A DNA stretch of 64,000 nt from Candidatus Latescibacterota bacterium (GTDB lineage Bacteria; Latescibacterota; UBA2968). The translations under genes were made by a program, and so were the position numbers. The stretch is from assembly GCA_038279365.1 (NCBI GenBank), contig JAYODI010000013.1, positions 23,406 through 87,405 on the forward strand. The letters are read 5' to 3'. Numbering within the stretch: the stretch's first letter is position 1; every line of letters starts with the position of its first letter. Positions 20,589-29,202 of this stretch are shown piece by piece. The notes under the pieces were generated by a model. It did no database searches and was not told the origin of the DNA. It saw nothing but the letters and a program-made list of their open reading frames with translations.

Positions 20589-21749
20589 TTAGGTATCAGT
20601 TGAATCGTCTTGTTCCTTTTTCATTGGTTCAGATTCACCTTCTTCATCATCTAAATGTTCTTCATCTCTTGCTGCATTTTCATCCACAAAGTCCACGTGT
20701 CCCCAATCATCCATTTCCCATTCCAACATGTTTTCACCGTCTTTGTAGCGTCGCAAAACCACATAAACCAATGTCAACCCCGAAGCGTGCGCCGCAAACC
20801 CATACGCCAAAACAATGCCCGTAATGGCCACAAGCATCAAACCCAAAATGCGTCCGCTCCACTGCTCTGCCCCAGACAAAACACCAGGGTCTGGCAAATT
20901 GGCCAACACCAAAGACCACTGTTTGGGCACAAAAGGCATATATCGGGTTGCAACATCAAACATATTGGCCAATTTGAGATCCATAAACAACCCACAAGAC
21001 CACGTAATCAACCACAAGGATGCCAATGACAAAACACTTAAAACCAAAATACCGATCCAAGCCGATATTTTCACCCAAGCCAAATACAAAACCAAGCGCC
21101 ACGGTTGAGACCACACCAATGAAAATGATTGTATGACCACTTCCAAAGCATCTTCACCAACAGTCCCCACAATAGCAGGTGACAATGAAATAGAAAACAA
21201 AAACACAATGGCCATAAATACAGCCAACAAGGATGCAAAAAAAATGGGGATAAAACCAAGCGCAAAACCCAACTCACCCAATACCGGCACCCAACCAGCC
21301 ACCAAACCAATCACAATCCCAATCACCACAAAAAACAAAAACAAAGCCAATGCCCCCAAAGGCCCAAACAAAACAGCTGTTCCATGTTTTTTTGCAAACG
21401 CCCACGCGTCACCCGATGAATAAAACGCATCGCCTCGCAACTGTTGGAACGTGATCTTGCAAATCATACACATCATCACCAAAACCACTGCCACAACCCA
21501 CACCATTGCAAAAATATGCAACAAGGTTCCCCACACATCAAACGCCCCCATAGGCGCACCAGGAAACAATCCATATTGGTGCCACAACGCGCTCATAGAA
21601 GTGCCATTGTGCCAATGGGCAAACACCAACAAAATCGAATATCCCACCCAAGCCAACAACAACCCCATCAATCCAATCCAAATTTTTTTACCAGACCACC
21701 CCAAACGCACACAAGTAAACAAATCACGGCTGTCAAAATGTAATGTCAT
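20589..21749 (-). CDS. Hypothetical multi-pass membrane protein with acidic C-terminal tail
   Basis: Six or seven hydrophobic segments; YVVLRRYKDG..EWEMDD C-terminus. Confidence 0.75.
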   Translation of the reverse strand: MTLHFDSRDLFTCVRLGWSGKKIWIGLMGLLLAWVGYSILLVFAHWHNGTSMSALWHQYGLFPGAPMGAFDVWGTLLHIFAMVWVVAVVLVMMCMICKITFQQLRGDAFYSSGDAWAFAKKHGTAVLFGPLGALALFLFFVVIGIVIGLVAGWVPVLGELGFALGFIPIFFASLLAVFMAIVFLFSISLSPAIVGTVGEDALEVVIQSFSLVWSQPWRLVLYLAWVKISAWIGILVLSVLSLASLWLITWSCGLFMDLKLANMFDVATRYMPFVPKQWSLVLANLPDPGVLSGAEQWSGRILGLMLVAITGIVLAYGFAAHASGLTLVYVVLRRYKDGENMLEWEMDDWGHVDFVDENAARDEEHLDDEEGESEPMKKEQDDSTDT

Positions 21750-21903
21750 GGCATACCATCCAAAAAAGCTCAATATTGTGACGTGAAATGCCTTTCATCC
21801 CACCCAAATCAAAAGATTTTCTGCACGCCAATGATGCTAAAACACCTCGTTTAAGTCAAGCGCAAAGACAGTTTACATTGTATGCTTACGTCCCACCTTT
21901 ACC

Positions 21904-21941
21904 TCAAAAAGCCTTGCTCCATATAGAGCAAGGCTTTTTGA
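21904..21941. terminator. Intrinsic terminator downstream of the YHYH gene
   Basis: TCAAAAAGCCTTGCTC-catata-GAGCAAGGCTTTTTGA. Confidence 0.85.
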
Positions 21942-21960
21942 CACATCCTCTTAAATGTCA

Positions 21961-23082
21961 TCACCACCCACGACCGCGCCAGCCCCCAGCAGGTTTTCCC
22001 GAAGGAGGGCCCAATCGAAACGTGCTGTTGGGCGTGCCCCGAAAATGACGTGGATGAAACGGGAATGTATCGGTAATAAAATAATGGTAAATGCCGTTAG
22101 GATATTCCGGTGTAACGCCAAACCGCCCATTGTTTTCATCCAAATCACCCAAACCCTGCACATATTCATAATCTTGTGTATATGTGCCATCATATGTACC
22201 ACTCGGGCCATTGCTGGGGCGCGAGCCACTTTTTAAGCGATAGCTCGAAGAAAGTTTTTTAACCGCACTGTTGGCGTTGTTTGCATCTGTATAACCATAC
22301 AAAATATAAATTGGAAACCCATCAGCCGCATACCCATAAAGGGTCGAATGCTGCATAGCACTTTGATTGGCAATCAAACCATTTGGCACACCATGATAGT
22401 GATAAGAGCCTGTCGGTTGCACATGGGCTTGATTTTGATCTAAACCCAAATTGAGAGTACCAATTGCCTCAATGTTCCATCCCAAACTGGGATCCCTTCT
22501 CCAATACTCTACCGTTGTCACATCAAAAGGAATACCATTAATGGCCACACCCACTTGATAAGCCGGTCGGTTGTTTGAACCCAACACAGATGTGGTCGTG
22601 CTGGCCACTTCAGGGTTTAATGGCACACGATAAACATGCGATTGCTCCGTAATGGTATGAGGGTTGCCACTGTTTGGAAAACTGCCCGTTTCATGGTTGG
22701 GCAATCCATTAGACCGAATCACACGCTCATTACCTTCAATGGTAACCGTGACCACATTACCAAAATTTTGGGTTGTTGTATCGGTTGTGCCGCCCCCCGA
22801 ACCGTCGCTTTCTGTTTTTCCAAATGAAGCCGCAAACACCAAAAAATCTTGAAAATCAATACTTCCACCACTGCTGTTTAAATCATAAACCGCATTATTT
22901 CCCGTGGCTTCTTTTCCAAAAGCACTTGCAAATTGGATAAAATCTGTAAAATCAACTTTGCCACTGGCATCAAAATCACCAGTCACCGACATCAAAAAAT
23001 GCACGTGCCCCACATGAGCCCCCACAGGCACAGTCAACCCAATCCAAAACACCAATCCCCATATCCAGGTCATAGATTTCAT
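21961..23082 (-). CDS. Secreted YHYH-domain protein with N-terminal dockerin-like EF-hand pair
   Basis: Signal peptide; DFDASGKVDFTDFIQFASAFG and DLNSSGGSIDFQDFLVFAASFG; AHVQPTGSYHYHG, ADGFPIY, GDLDENNGR. Confidence 0.88.
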   Translation of the reverse strand: MKSMTWIWGLVFWIGLTVPVGAHVGHVHFLMSVTGDFDASGKVDFTDFIQFASAFGKEATGNNAVYDLNSSGGSIDFQDFLVFAASFGKTESDGSGGGTTDTTTQNFGNVVTVTIEGNERVIRSNGLPNHETGSFPNSGNPHTITEQSHVYRVPLNPEVASTTTSVLGSNNRPAYQVGVAINGIPFDVTTVEYWRRDPSLGWNIEAIGTLNLGLDQNQAHVQPTGSYHYHGVPNGLIANQSAMQHSTLYGYAADGFPIYILYGYTDANNANSAVKKLSSSYRLKSGSRPSNGPSGTYDGTYTQDYEYVQGLGDLDENNGRFGVTPEYPNGIYHYFITDTFPFHPRHFRGTPNSTFRLGPPSGKPAGGWRGRGW

Positions 23083-23299
23083 ATTCCCACCCTCCAACTG
23101 AAAACAGTCAATAGATACGTCCACGAATTTAGCTGATATCTTTGCAAAACCTGAGCCAATTTTCCACCAAAACACAAACCAATTATAAACAACCCTTTTC
23201 AAAAAAACAACACCACTTTAACACAACATTCATACCTGACCAAAATGATCATATGCGATCACACGTTTCACAAACCACCAATCCCAAATCACGTGTGTC

Positions 23300-25294
23300 T
23301 CAAAAATACAAACTGTGACCTTGCCCTTGAAACCAAATCGCATCAATCAAAAATGAAATGCCTGCCCCACCAAAATGCCCAACCACCAAACCAATAAAAA
23401 ATGGCTTTGCACGATTGTACAACATCAATCCACCAAAACGAATCAACAACACCTTTAAAGCCCACGCCGTAAACAAAGACAATACCGTCCACTGCACTTG
23501 CCCCACAGAGGCAATTGAAAAGCCAATAGGGTGCAAACGCCACCAGGTGAGTCGGTGGCGCAAATACGTCAACAACACCGTGGCCAATACCCCAATGCCC
23601 AAAAACACAAAATGCCATACATTCAACGGCTCAGCCGCTTTAATTTTTGTTACCATTGTGTCATATGGCACTTGCCCCCCCTGGCGAAACACCCATTCGC
23701 CAAAGTTGTATCCGCCAGAAGCATATGCCAACTTGAGTGAAAACCAAAACGAAACCACCAAACTGATGCCCAGTGCCAACCCCACTGCCGTCAGATAGAC
23801 CCCTCTCGGAAATTTTCTGTCGCTGTGAACACGGGCCGCATTGGCTCCAAATGGCATAAAGGTCGCAATCGGGTCACACGCCCATCCATAAGACAAGGCC
23901 AACCCCGTCATCGTCCCCCCCCCCAAAGACGCCGGCCCAATCAAATGCATCGCAAATGCCTGGGGCAACAATGGGCCACGCACAAAGACCAACCCACCTT
24001 CAATAACAATACGCGTTAACCCCAAATACAGCGTAACAACACCCACCAACAACAAAAAGGCCACACTGGGCTGAATGCCAATTTGGTTTAACCAAAACAA
24101 TATATAGACAGCCGCCATTCCCCCACCAAACACCGCAAAACGATATGACAAAATCTCATCTTTATCAGAAACCCCATTTTTCCCCAATGCCGTTTGCCAC
24201 ACCCCGCGCAAATGTTCTCGGGCCACCCAAATCCCCCCCGCCACGATTGCACCAAAGGCACCAAAACCTTGCCATGCCAATGCCGCAGGACTCACCGAAT
24301 AAATTTCCGAGTTGCCAATTGTAAATCCCGTGCGATTAAAAATGGCAATTTCTGCCAAATTGAATAAATTGAAAAACCACACACTAAAAATAACATCTAC
24401 ATTGACAAAATAAGTCAATCCCACAAGTGGAAATGATAAGTTAGAGCCAATGCCAGGAAACACTTTCCCCCCAGGAATACTCAACCGAATATTGGGAATA
24501 CTTGGCCATCCTTCAAAAAAATAACTCGGAATATTCCAAGCAATTTTTCCTGCTGCAATGCCCACCCCCATCCAAAACAGCTTACTGCGCATAAATGCAG
24601 GCAATCGCCTTTCAGATTCGGCGTCCTGCATCATCGCAAGAGGAACGTCTACCAAGGGAAAATTTAGCCGTTCCTTTTCTACCCACTGCTTACGGAAAAT
24701 CGCAATCAAACTGATACACATTGTCAGCGTGGCCAAAATAAGCGACCCCCACCAAAAAAAAGGCATGATCCAAATGTGCCACGGAATTTCGGCACCAGGC
24801 GGCAATCCTTCAAAAAACCACGCCACTTCTGGCCCATCTCCTGGCACCGCCCACATTGGTATGTGTTGATGCAAAAAGTCGGCCCACCCATTTTCCGTAT
24901 TGGCAAAATAAAAAGGCGAAGCAGACACCGAAATCACATACCCCGTAATGCCATAAGTCGGCACAGATACGGCCGCCAACAGCATCATATACACCACACC
25001 CAATTCATCACCCGTCAACCCACGTCTTTTGTTCACCACCTTAAGCAGGGGATTAACAATCACCACCACAAAAATGAACACAGACGCCAAACCGAGCGAA
25101 AAATAATTTGTAGTCATATGGGTCGAACGCACAACCCATTCCGAATATGGGGCCAACAAATTAACCCCAACCACAGCCAAGAGACCAACAAGCAACGCCT
25201 TTGGGGTCAAAATACGCCGTTTTTCAGACTGTGGCTCAGACACCTTCTCCGTTTGCAATTCAGCCAAGATCATCAATCCTTTTGTTGTCTGCAT
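23300..25294 (-). CDS. DUF6785/DUF6784-type (OPT-like) polytopic membrane protein, paralog 1
   Basis: PFYFANTENGW, WFFEGLP..IPW..W..P, RKQWVEKERLNFPL, WWRLHPIG, PFFIGLVVG. Confidence 0.8.
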   Translation of the reverse strand: MQTTKGLMILAELQTEKVSEPQSEKRRILTPKALLVGLLAVVGVNLLAPYSEWVVRSTHMTTNYFSLGLASVFIFVVVIVNPLLKVVNKRRGLTGDELGVVYMMLLAAVSVPTYGITGYVISVSASPFYFANTENGWADFLHQHIPMWAVPGDGPEVAWFFEGLPPGAEIPWHIWIMPFFWWGSLILATLTMCISLIAIFRKQWVEKERLNFPLVDVPLAMMQDAESERRLPAFMRSKLFWMGVGIAAGKIAWNIPSYFFEGWPSIPNIRLSIPGGKVFPGIGSNLSFPLVGLTYFVNVDVIFSVWFFNLFNLAEIAIFNRTGFTIGNSEIYSVSPAALAWQGFGAFGAIVAGGIWVAREHLRGVWQTALGKNGVSDKDEILSYRFAVFGGGMAAVYILFWLNQIGIQPSVAFLLLVGVVTLYLGLTRIVIEGGLVFVRGPLLPQAFAMHLIGPASLGGGTMTGLALSYGWACDPIATFMPFGANAARVHSDRKFPRGVYLTAVGLALGISLVVSFWFSLKLAYASGGYNFGEWVFRQGGQVPYDTMVTKIKAAEPLNVWHFVFLGIGVLATVLLTYLRHRLTWWRLHPIGFSIASVGQVQWTVLSLFTAWALKVLLIRFGGLMLYNRAKPFFIGLVVGHFGGAGISFLIDAIWFQGQGHSLYF

Positions 25295-25411
25295 TAAAAA
25301 ACAAAAAAGCTTTCAATTTTTATCAGATATATTGTTTTTTAGTTATCCTTATGCTATGAGATATACAGACTATCCATATATCATCTAAAAACACATTTAA
25401 AGGAGCGTCTC

Positions 25412-26251
25412 ATGGAAGCCTTAGAACTATATGACCGCGTCTACCAGTGGTTATTCGAAAATGGTTTAGACTTTGCCAAATCCTTTCTGAAGTTTGTCAT
25501 CATTCTCCTTGTCGGCAAAATTGCCATCAGTGTTATTTGTCGTGTGGTCCAACGCATCTTAAGTCAGGCAAGCAATGTCTCAGCCATTCTCGAAAAATTT
25601 ACCGTTGACACGCTTGGCAAACTCCTATGGTTACTCGTTTTCTTGGTCGGGATTTCCAGTTTTGGTATCAATGTCGTTCCCATCATCACAGGGCTTGGTG
25701 TTGGCGGTTTCATTCTCGGTTTTGCCTTTCAAGAAACCTTGGGAAACCTTGCAGCTGGCCTCATGCTCTTGCTCAATGCCCCTTTTAAAGTGGGTGATTT
25801 TATTGAAGCTGCAGGCACAGCCGGAGTCGTTCAAGAAATGAATCTCATGGCCACCACCCTCACCACCCCCGACAACAAAAAAATTCTTATCCCCAACAAC
25901 AACATTTGGGGTGGCAACATTGTCAATTACTCAGCCCTGGAAACCCGCCGCGTTGACATGACTGTGGGCATTTCTTATTCGGCAGATATTGGCAAAGCCA
26001 TAGAGGTCATTCGCAATGTCATCGACGCCACCGAATTGGCACACAAAGACCCATCACCTGTTGTTGAGGTGGTAGAAATGGCCGATTCATCCGTCAACCT
26101 CGTTGTGCGATCTTGGTGCAACACCCCCGACTACTGGGCCGTATTCTTTAGCCTCCAACGCAACATCAAAGAAAACCTAGATGCCAACAACATCGAAATT
26201 CCCTTCCCACAAATGGATGTACATCATCATGGTCTTCCGCAACAAAGTTAA
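25412..26251 (+). CDS. mscS: Small-conductance mechanosensitive channel
   Basis: GFAFQETLGNLAAG, PFKVGDFIE, IPNN, RRVD..VGISY, IEIPFPQ. Confidence 0.9.
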   Translation: MEALELYDRVYQWLFENGLDFAKSFLKFVIILLVGKIAISVICRVVQRILSQASNVSAILEKFTVDTLGKLLWLLVFLVGISSFGINVVPIITGLGVGGFILGFAFQETLGNLAAGLMLLLNAPFKVGDFIEAAGTAGVVQEMNLMATTLTTPDNKKILIPNNNIWGGNIVNYSALETRRVDMTVGISYSADIGKAIEVIRNVIDATELAHKDPSPVVEVVEMADSSVNLVVRSWCNTPDYWAVFFSLQRNIKENLDANNIEIPFPQMDVHHHGLPQQS

Positions 26252-26271
26252 TTCGTTAGAAAGGATAATTC

Positions 26272-27110
26272 ATGAAGTTTTTGTATTTGATGCTCTGTTT
26301 GGCCTTTATGCCCTACCCTACCCAAGCGGCAGATGCCCCCCCCAGTATGGGTGGAAAACCAAAATGGTGTTTTCGCTGAGCCTCACCCAAGCCAGTTTTA
26401 GCAACTGGTCCAAAGGGGGCGAAAATTCTTTGGCGTGGCAAACCAAAGTCAACAGTCAGTTTACCAACAACCAAGAAGGCTACAATTGGGACAACAAAGC
26501 CAAATTTTCATTTGGCCAAAGCAAAGTAGGCGACACGGGCACACGCAAAACCGCCGATGAAATCAAGCTCGAAACCGTCTTCACGCTCAAGCGCAATCTG
26601 CATCTCAACCCATTTGTCTCAGCCACGGCATTGACCCAATTTAAAGCGGGATACAATTACAGTGGCACCACAAAAACCAAAGTATCTCGTTTTCTAGACC
26701 CTGGTTACTTTACACAAAGTGCAGGTGTGGGGTATTCAAAAAGTGATGCCTTCAAAGCCCGCTTAGGTGCAACAGTAAAAGAAACCTACACCCGCAACTT
26801 TCCAAACTATGCCGATGACCCCGCTACCCCCGCCATCGAAAAAACAAGGATCGAAGGAGGTATTACGGGTGTTGCCGAACTCAATCGCAAAGTCAGTGAA
26901 AACATTACGCTCGCATCTGAACTCACAGTATTTTCCAACCTGAAAGCCTTCAATGAAATAGATGTCTCTTGGGAAAACCTTTTCACGGCCAAAGTCGCCA
27001 AATACATCAGCGTCAATCTGGCCATAGATTTGGTTTACGACCGGGATACCATCAATAAATGGCAGTTTCGTGAAGTGCTCTCAGCAGGTTTTACATACGA
27101 CATATTCTAA
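26272..27110 (+). pseudogene. DUF3078 outer-membrane beta-barrel protein, frameshifted at a C8 tract (26336-26343)
   Basis: AAGGA-ATG frame gives signal peptide MKFLYLMLCLAFMPYPTQA then stops; the domain (LTQASFSNWSKGGENSLAW..RKTADEI..TQFKAGY..terminal F) is in another frame; one extra C joins them. Confidence 0.8.
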
Positions 27111-27134
27111 ACCCAAACAGCAATCAAACCTCAG

Positions 27135-27170
27135 GGCAGAAAATCAGAATGCAGATTTTCTGCCTTTTTT
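27135..27170 (+). terminator. Intrinsic terminator
   Basis: GGCAGAAAATC-loop-GATTTTCTGCC followed by a T-run. Confidence 0.8.
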
Positions 27171-27218
27171 ATTGCCAAAAAATCGCATTATTTTGAAAAA
27201 AAACCTCGTATCCAACAC

Positions 27219-28052
27219 TCATTTATCAAACCATATCCGCAGTGGGGTTGTTTCTAAAATTTCTGTCTGCTCAACCAAGCTCAATCCCCAAGCTTCCCTT
27301 ACCAAAGCCAAATGCTGTGCATACGTGGCTTTCTTAAGCCACAATTCACACGGAAAATCAGAACCCCACATACACCGATTTGCACCAAATGCCTGCACGA
27401 TCTTTTTAACAATGGCAACCATATCTAAAAAAGGATACCCCATATCCGAACCCGTAACTGCAAATGTCAACTTAACGTTTAAGTTCTTAAATTTCGCCAA
27501 TGCCATTACACGCCGAACGGTTTCTGAATCCACCCCATCCGCAGCTTTTGGATAGGCTGCATGATCCAACACCACAGGCACCTCAGGATAGGCCTTTAAC
27601 ATATTTGCCAATTGCCCCACAAATTGCGATTGAATATGCGCACAAATTACCACCCCCAACTCACGCGCCTTTTTCCAAAGCCGATGTGCACCCTCATGGT
27701 CATAAATTGCAGGAGAGGCTTTTGTAGGTTCCATACGCAACCCCTTTACCTGAAACCCATCTACCAAACGCTCAAGCATACGCACACTTTCTTCTGCTAC
27801 AGGATCCAATGTACACACGCCCACGGCCCAATCTGTATTTGCTTTTGCCGTATCGGCCAACAAACGATTGTCCCACTGATAAGCCGACCCTGTTTGTACC
27901 AACACCACCCGCCCAATGTCATTATCCAAAGCATTTTGCTTTAAATGGGCAATGGTGCCCGTACCCTTTGGTGGACGCAGTGGATCAGATTTCATTGGAT
28001 ACAACACTTCGTCTTCATGATAAATATGCGCATGAGTATCAACAACAGTCAT
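27219..28052 (-). CDS. Amidohydrolase_2 family protein
   Basis: DTHAH, LDH, FGANRCMWGSDFP. Confidence 0.88.
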   Translation of the reverse strand: MTVVDTHAHIYHEDEVLYPMKSDPLRPPKGTGTIAHLKQNALDNDIGRVVLVQTGSAYQWDNRLLADTAKANTDWAVGVCTLDPVAEESVRMLERLVDGFQVKGLRMEPTKASPAIYDHEGAHRLWKKARELGVVICAHIQSQFVGQLANMLKAYPEVPVVLDHAAYPKAADGVDSETVRRVMALAKFKNLNVKLTFAVTGSDMGYPFLDMVAIVKKIVQAFGANRCMWGSDFPCELWLKKATYAQHLALVREAWGLSLVEQTEILETTPLRIWFDK

Positions 28053-28266
28053 CACCAGTATCCTCTTACCAGTTTATCATATTCACCGTCTCAAGATTTG
28101 CAATGTACGGTAATCTCCAATGACAATCAAACGCCTTTTTTGCATAAGGTTCACAATATTTTCATGCGATCTCGGCAACCGGAATTTTCTCAAAACACAC
28201 AATTTCGAAACCTCAAAACAAATATTGGGTCTAACCTCATAGACCCCAAGCCTCAAGGAGACCACA

Positions 28267-29145
28267 ATGCTACACCACATGCTCATCGCCGTTTTATGTC
28301 TGACCTCCTGTATTTCTTCGGCCAGTGCCAAATCGGAAATTGAAGAAACCATTGAACAAACACTCGATTTTAAATCGGGTCAACAGCTCAAAGTGTCGGG
28401 CGTCAATGGCAGCATCACCATCAAAGTCGGAAACGAAAATCGCATTCACATGGTGGCCATCAAAAAAGCCAAAGCAAAAACCAAAAAAGAAGCCCAAGAC
28501 GTGCTTGATGCCACTTGGATTGAGATATTGCCCATCACAGATGGCCTCAAGATCGCAACCAAACACCCAAACAAAAAGATGCTCCGTGGAGGCAAAAGCG
28601 TCCTTGTCAACTACACACTCACCGTTCCTCAGGTTTTAACTCTGAGTGCAAGCACCACCAATGGAGAAATTGAGATAGCAAACACCGAGGGTGAAATACG
28701 CGCAAAAACCACGAATGGAAAAATCACCATTGATGGTTCAAAAGGCGTCCTCATCACAAGAACCACAAACGGTGAAATCGAAATTAAAAATGTTGCAGGT
28801 TCAGTTGATGCAAAAACCACAAATGGTGGCATCAAATTAGATCAAATTCGTGGCGGTATCAATGCAAAAACCACAAATGGATCAGTGGATGGCAATATTA
28901 TTAAATTGCCCAATGAGTCTGTTCAAATTCAAACCACCAATGGCAGAATTTCACTCACCCTACCAACAGATGTTCAAGCCCAACTTAAAGCACAAACCGC
29001 AAATGGCAGAATTTCAACCGACATTCCGATCACCCTTCAAGGAAATTTTAGCCGCAGATTCCTTCAGGGAGCACTTAATGGTGGCGGCAATATCCATATC
29101 AGCCTACAAACCACCAATGGCAACATTAACATAGATCCACAATAA
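28267..29145 (+). CDS. DUF4097 (putative adhesin) beta-strand repeat protein, secreted
   Basis: Signal peptide; repeated (A/I)xTTNGxI units; AAGGAG RBS. Confidence 0.85.
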   Translation: MLHHMLIAVLCLTSCISSASAKSEIEETIEQTLDFKSGQQLKVSGVNGSITIKVGNENRIHMVAIKKAKAKTKKEAQDVLDATWIEILPITDGLKIATKHPNKKMLRGGKSVLVNYTLTVPQVLTLSASTTNGEIEIANTEGEIRAKTTNGKITIDGSKGVLITRTTNGEIEIKNVAGSVDAKTTNGGIKLDQIRGGINAKTTNGSVDGNIIKLPNESVQIQTTNGRISLTLPTDVQAQLKAQTANGRISTDIPITLQGNFSRRFLQGALNGGGNIHISLQTTNGNINIDPQ

Positions 29146-29183
29146 AAAAAAGCGAATGATTCGTCTGCGTCATTCGCTTTTTT
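29144..29183. terminator. Bidirectional intrinsic terminator
   Basis: AAAAAAAGCGAATGA-loop-TCATTCGCTTTTTT. Confidence 0.85.
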
Positions 29184-29202
29184 ATGTCTATTTAAAAATA
29201 CG

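Noticed and set aside
26181-26335. ORF-track N-terminus (MPTTSK..) for the DUF3078 protein
   Set aside because: Overlaps mscS and has no signal peptide; the real start is ATG 26272 in another frame
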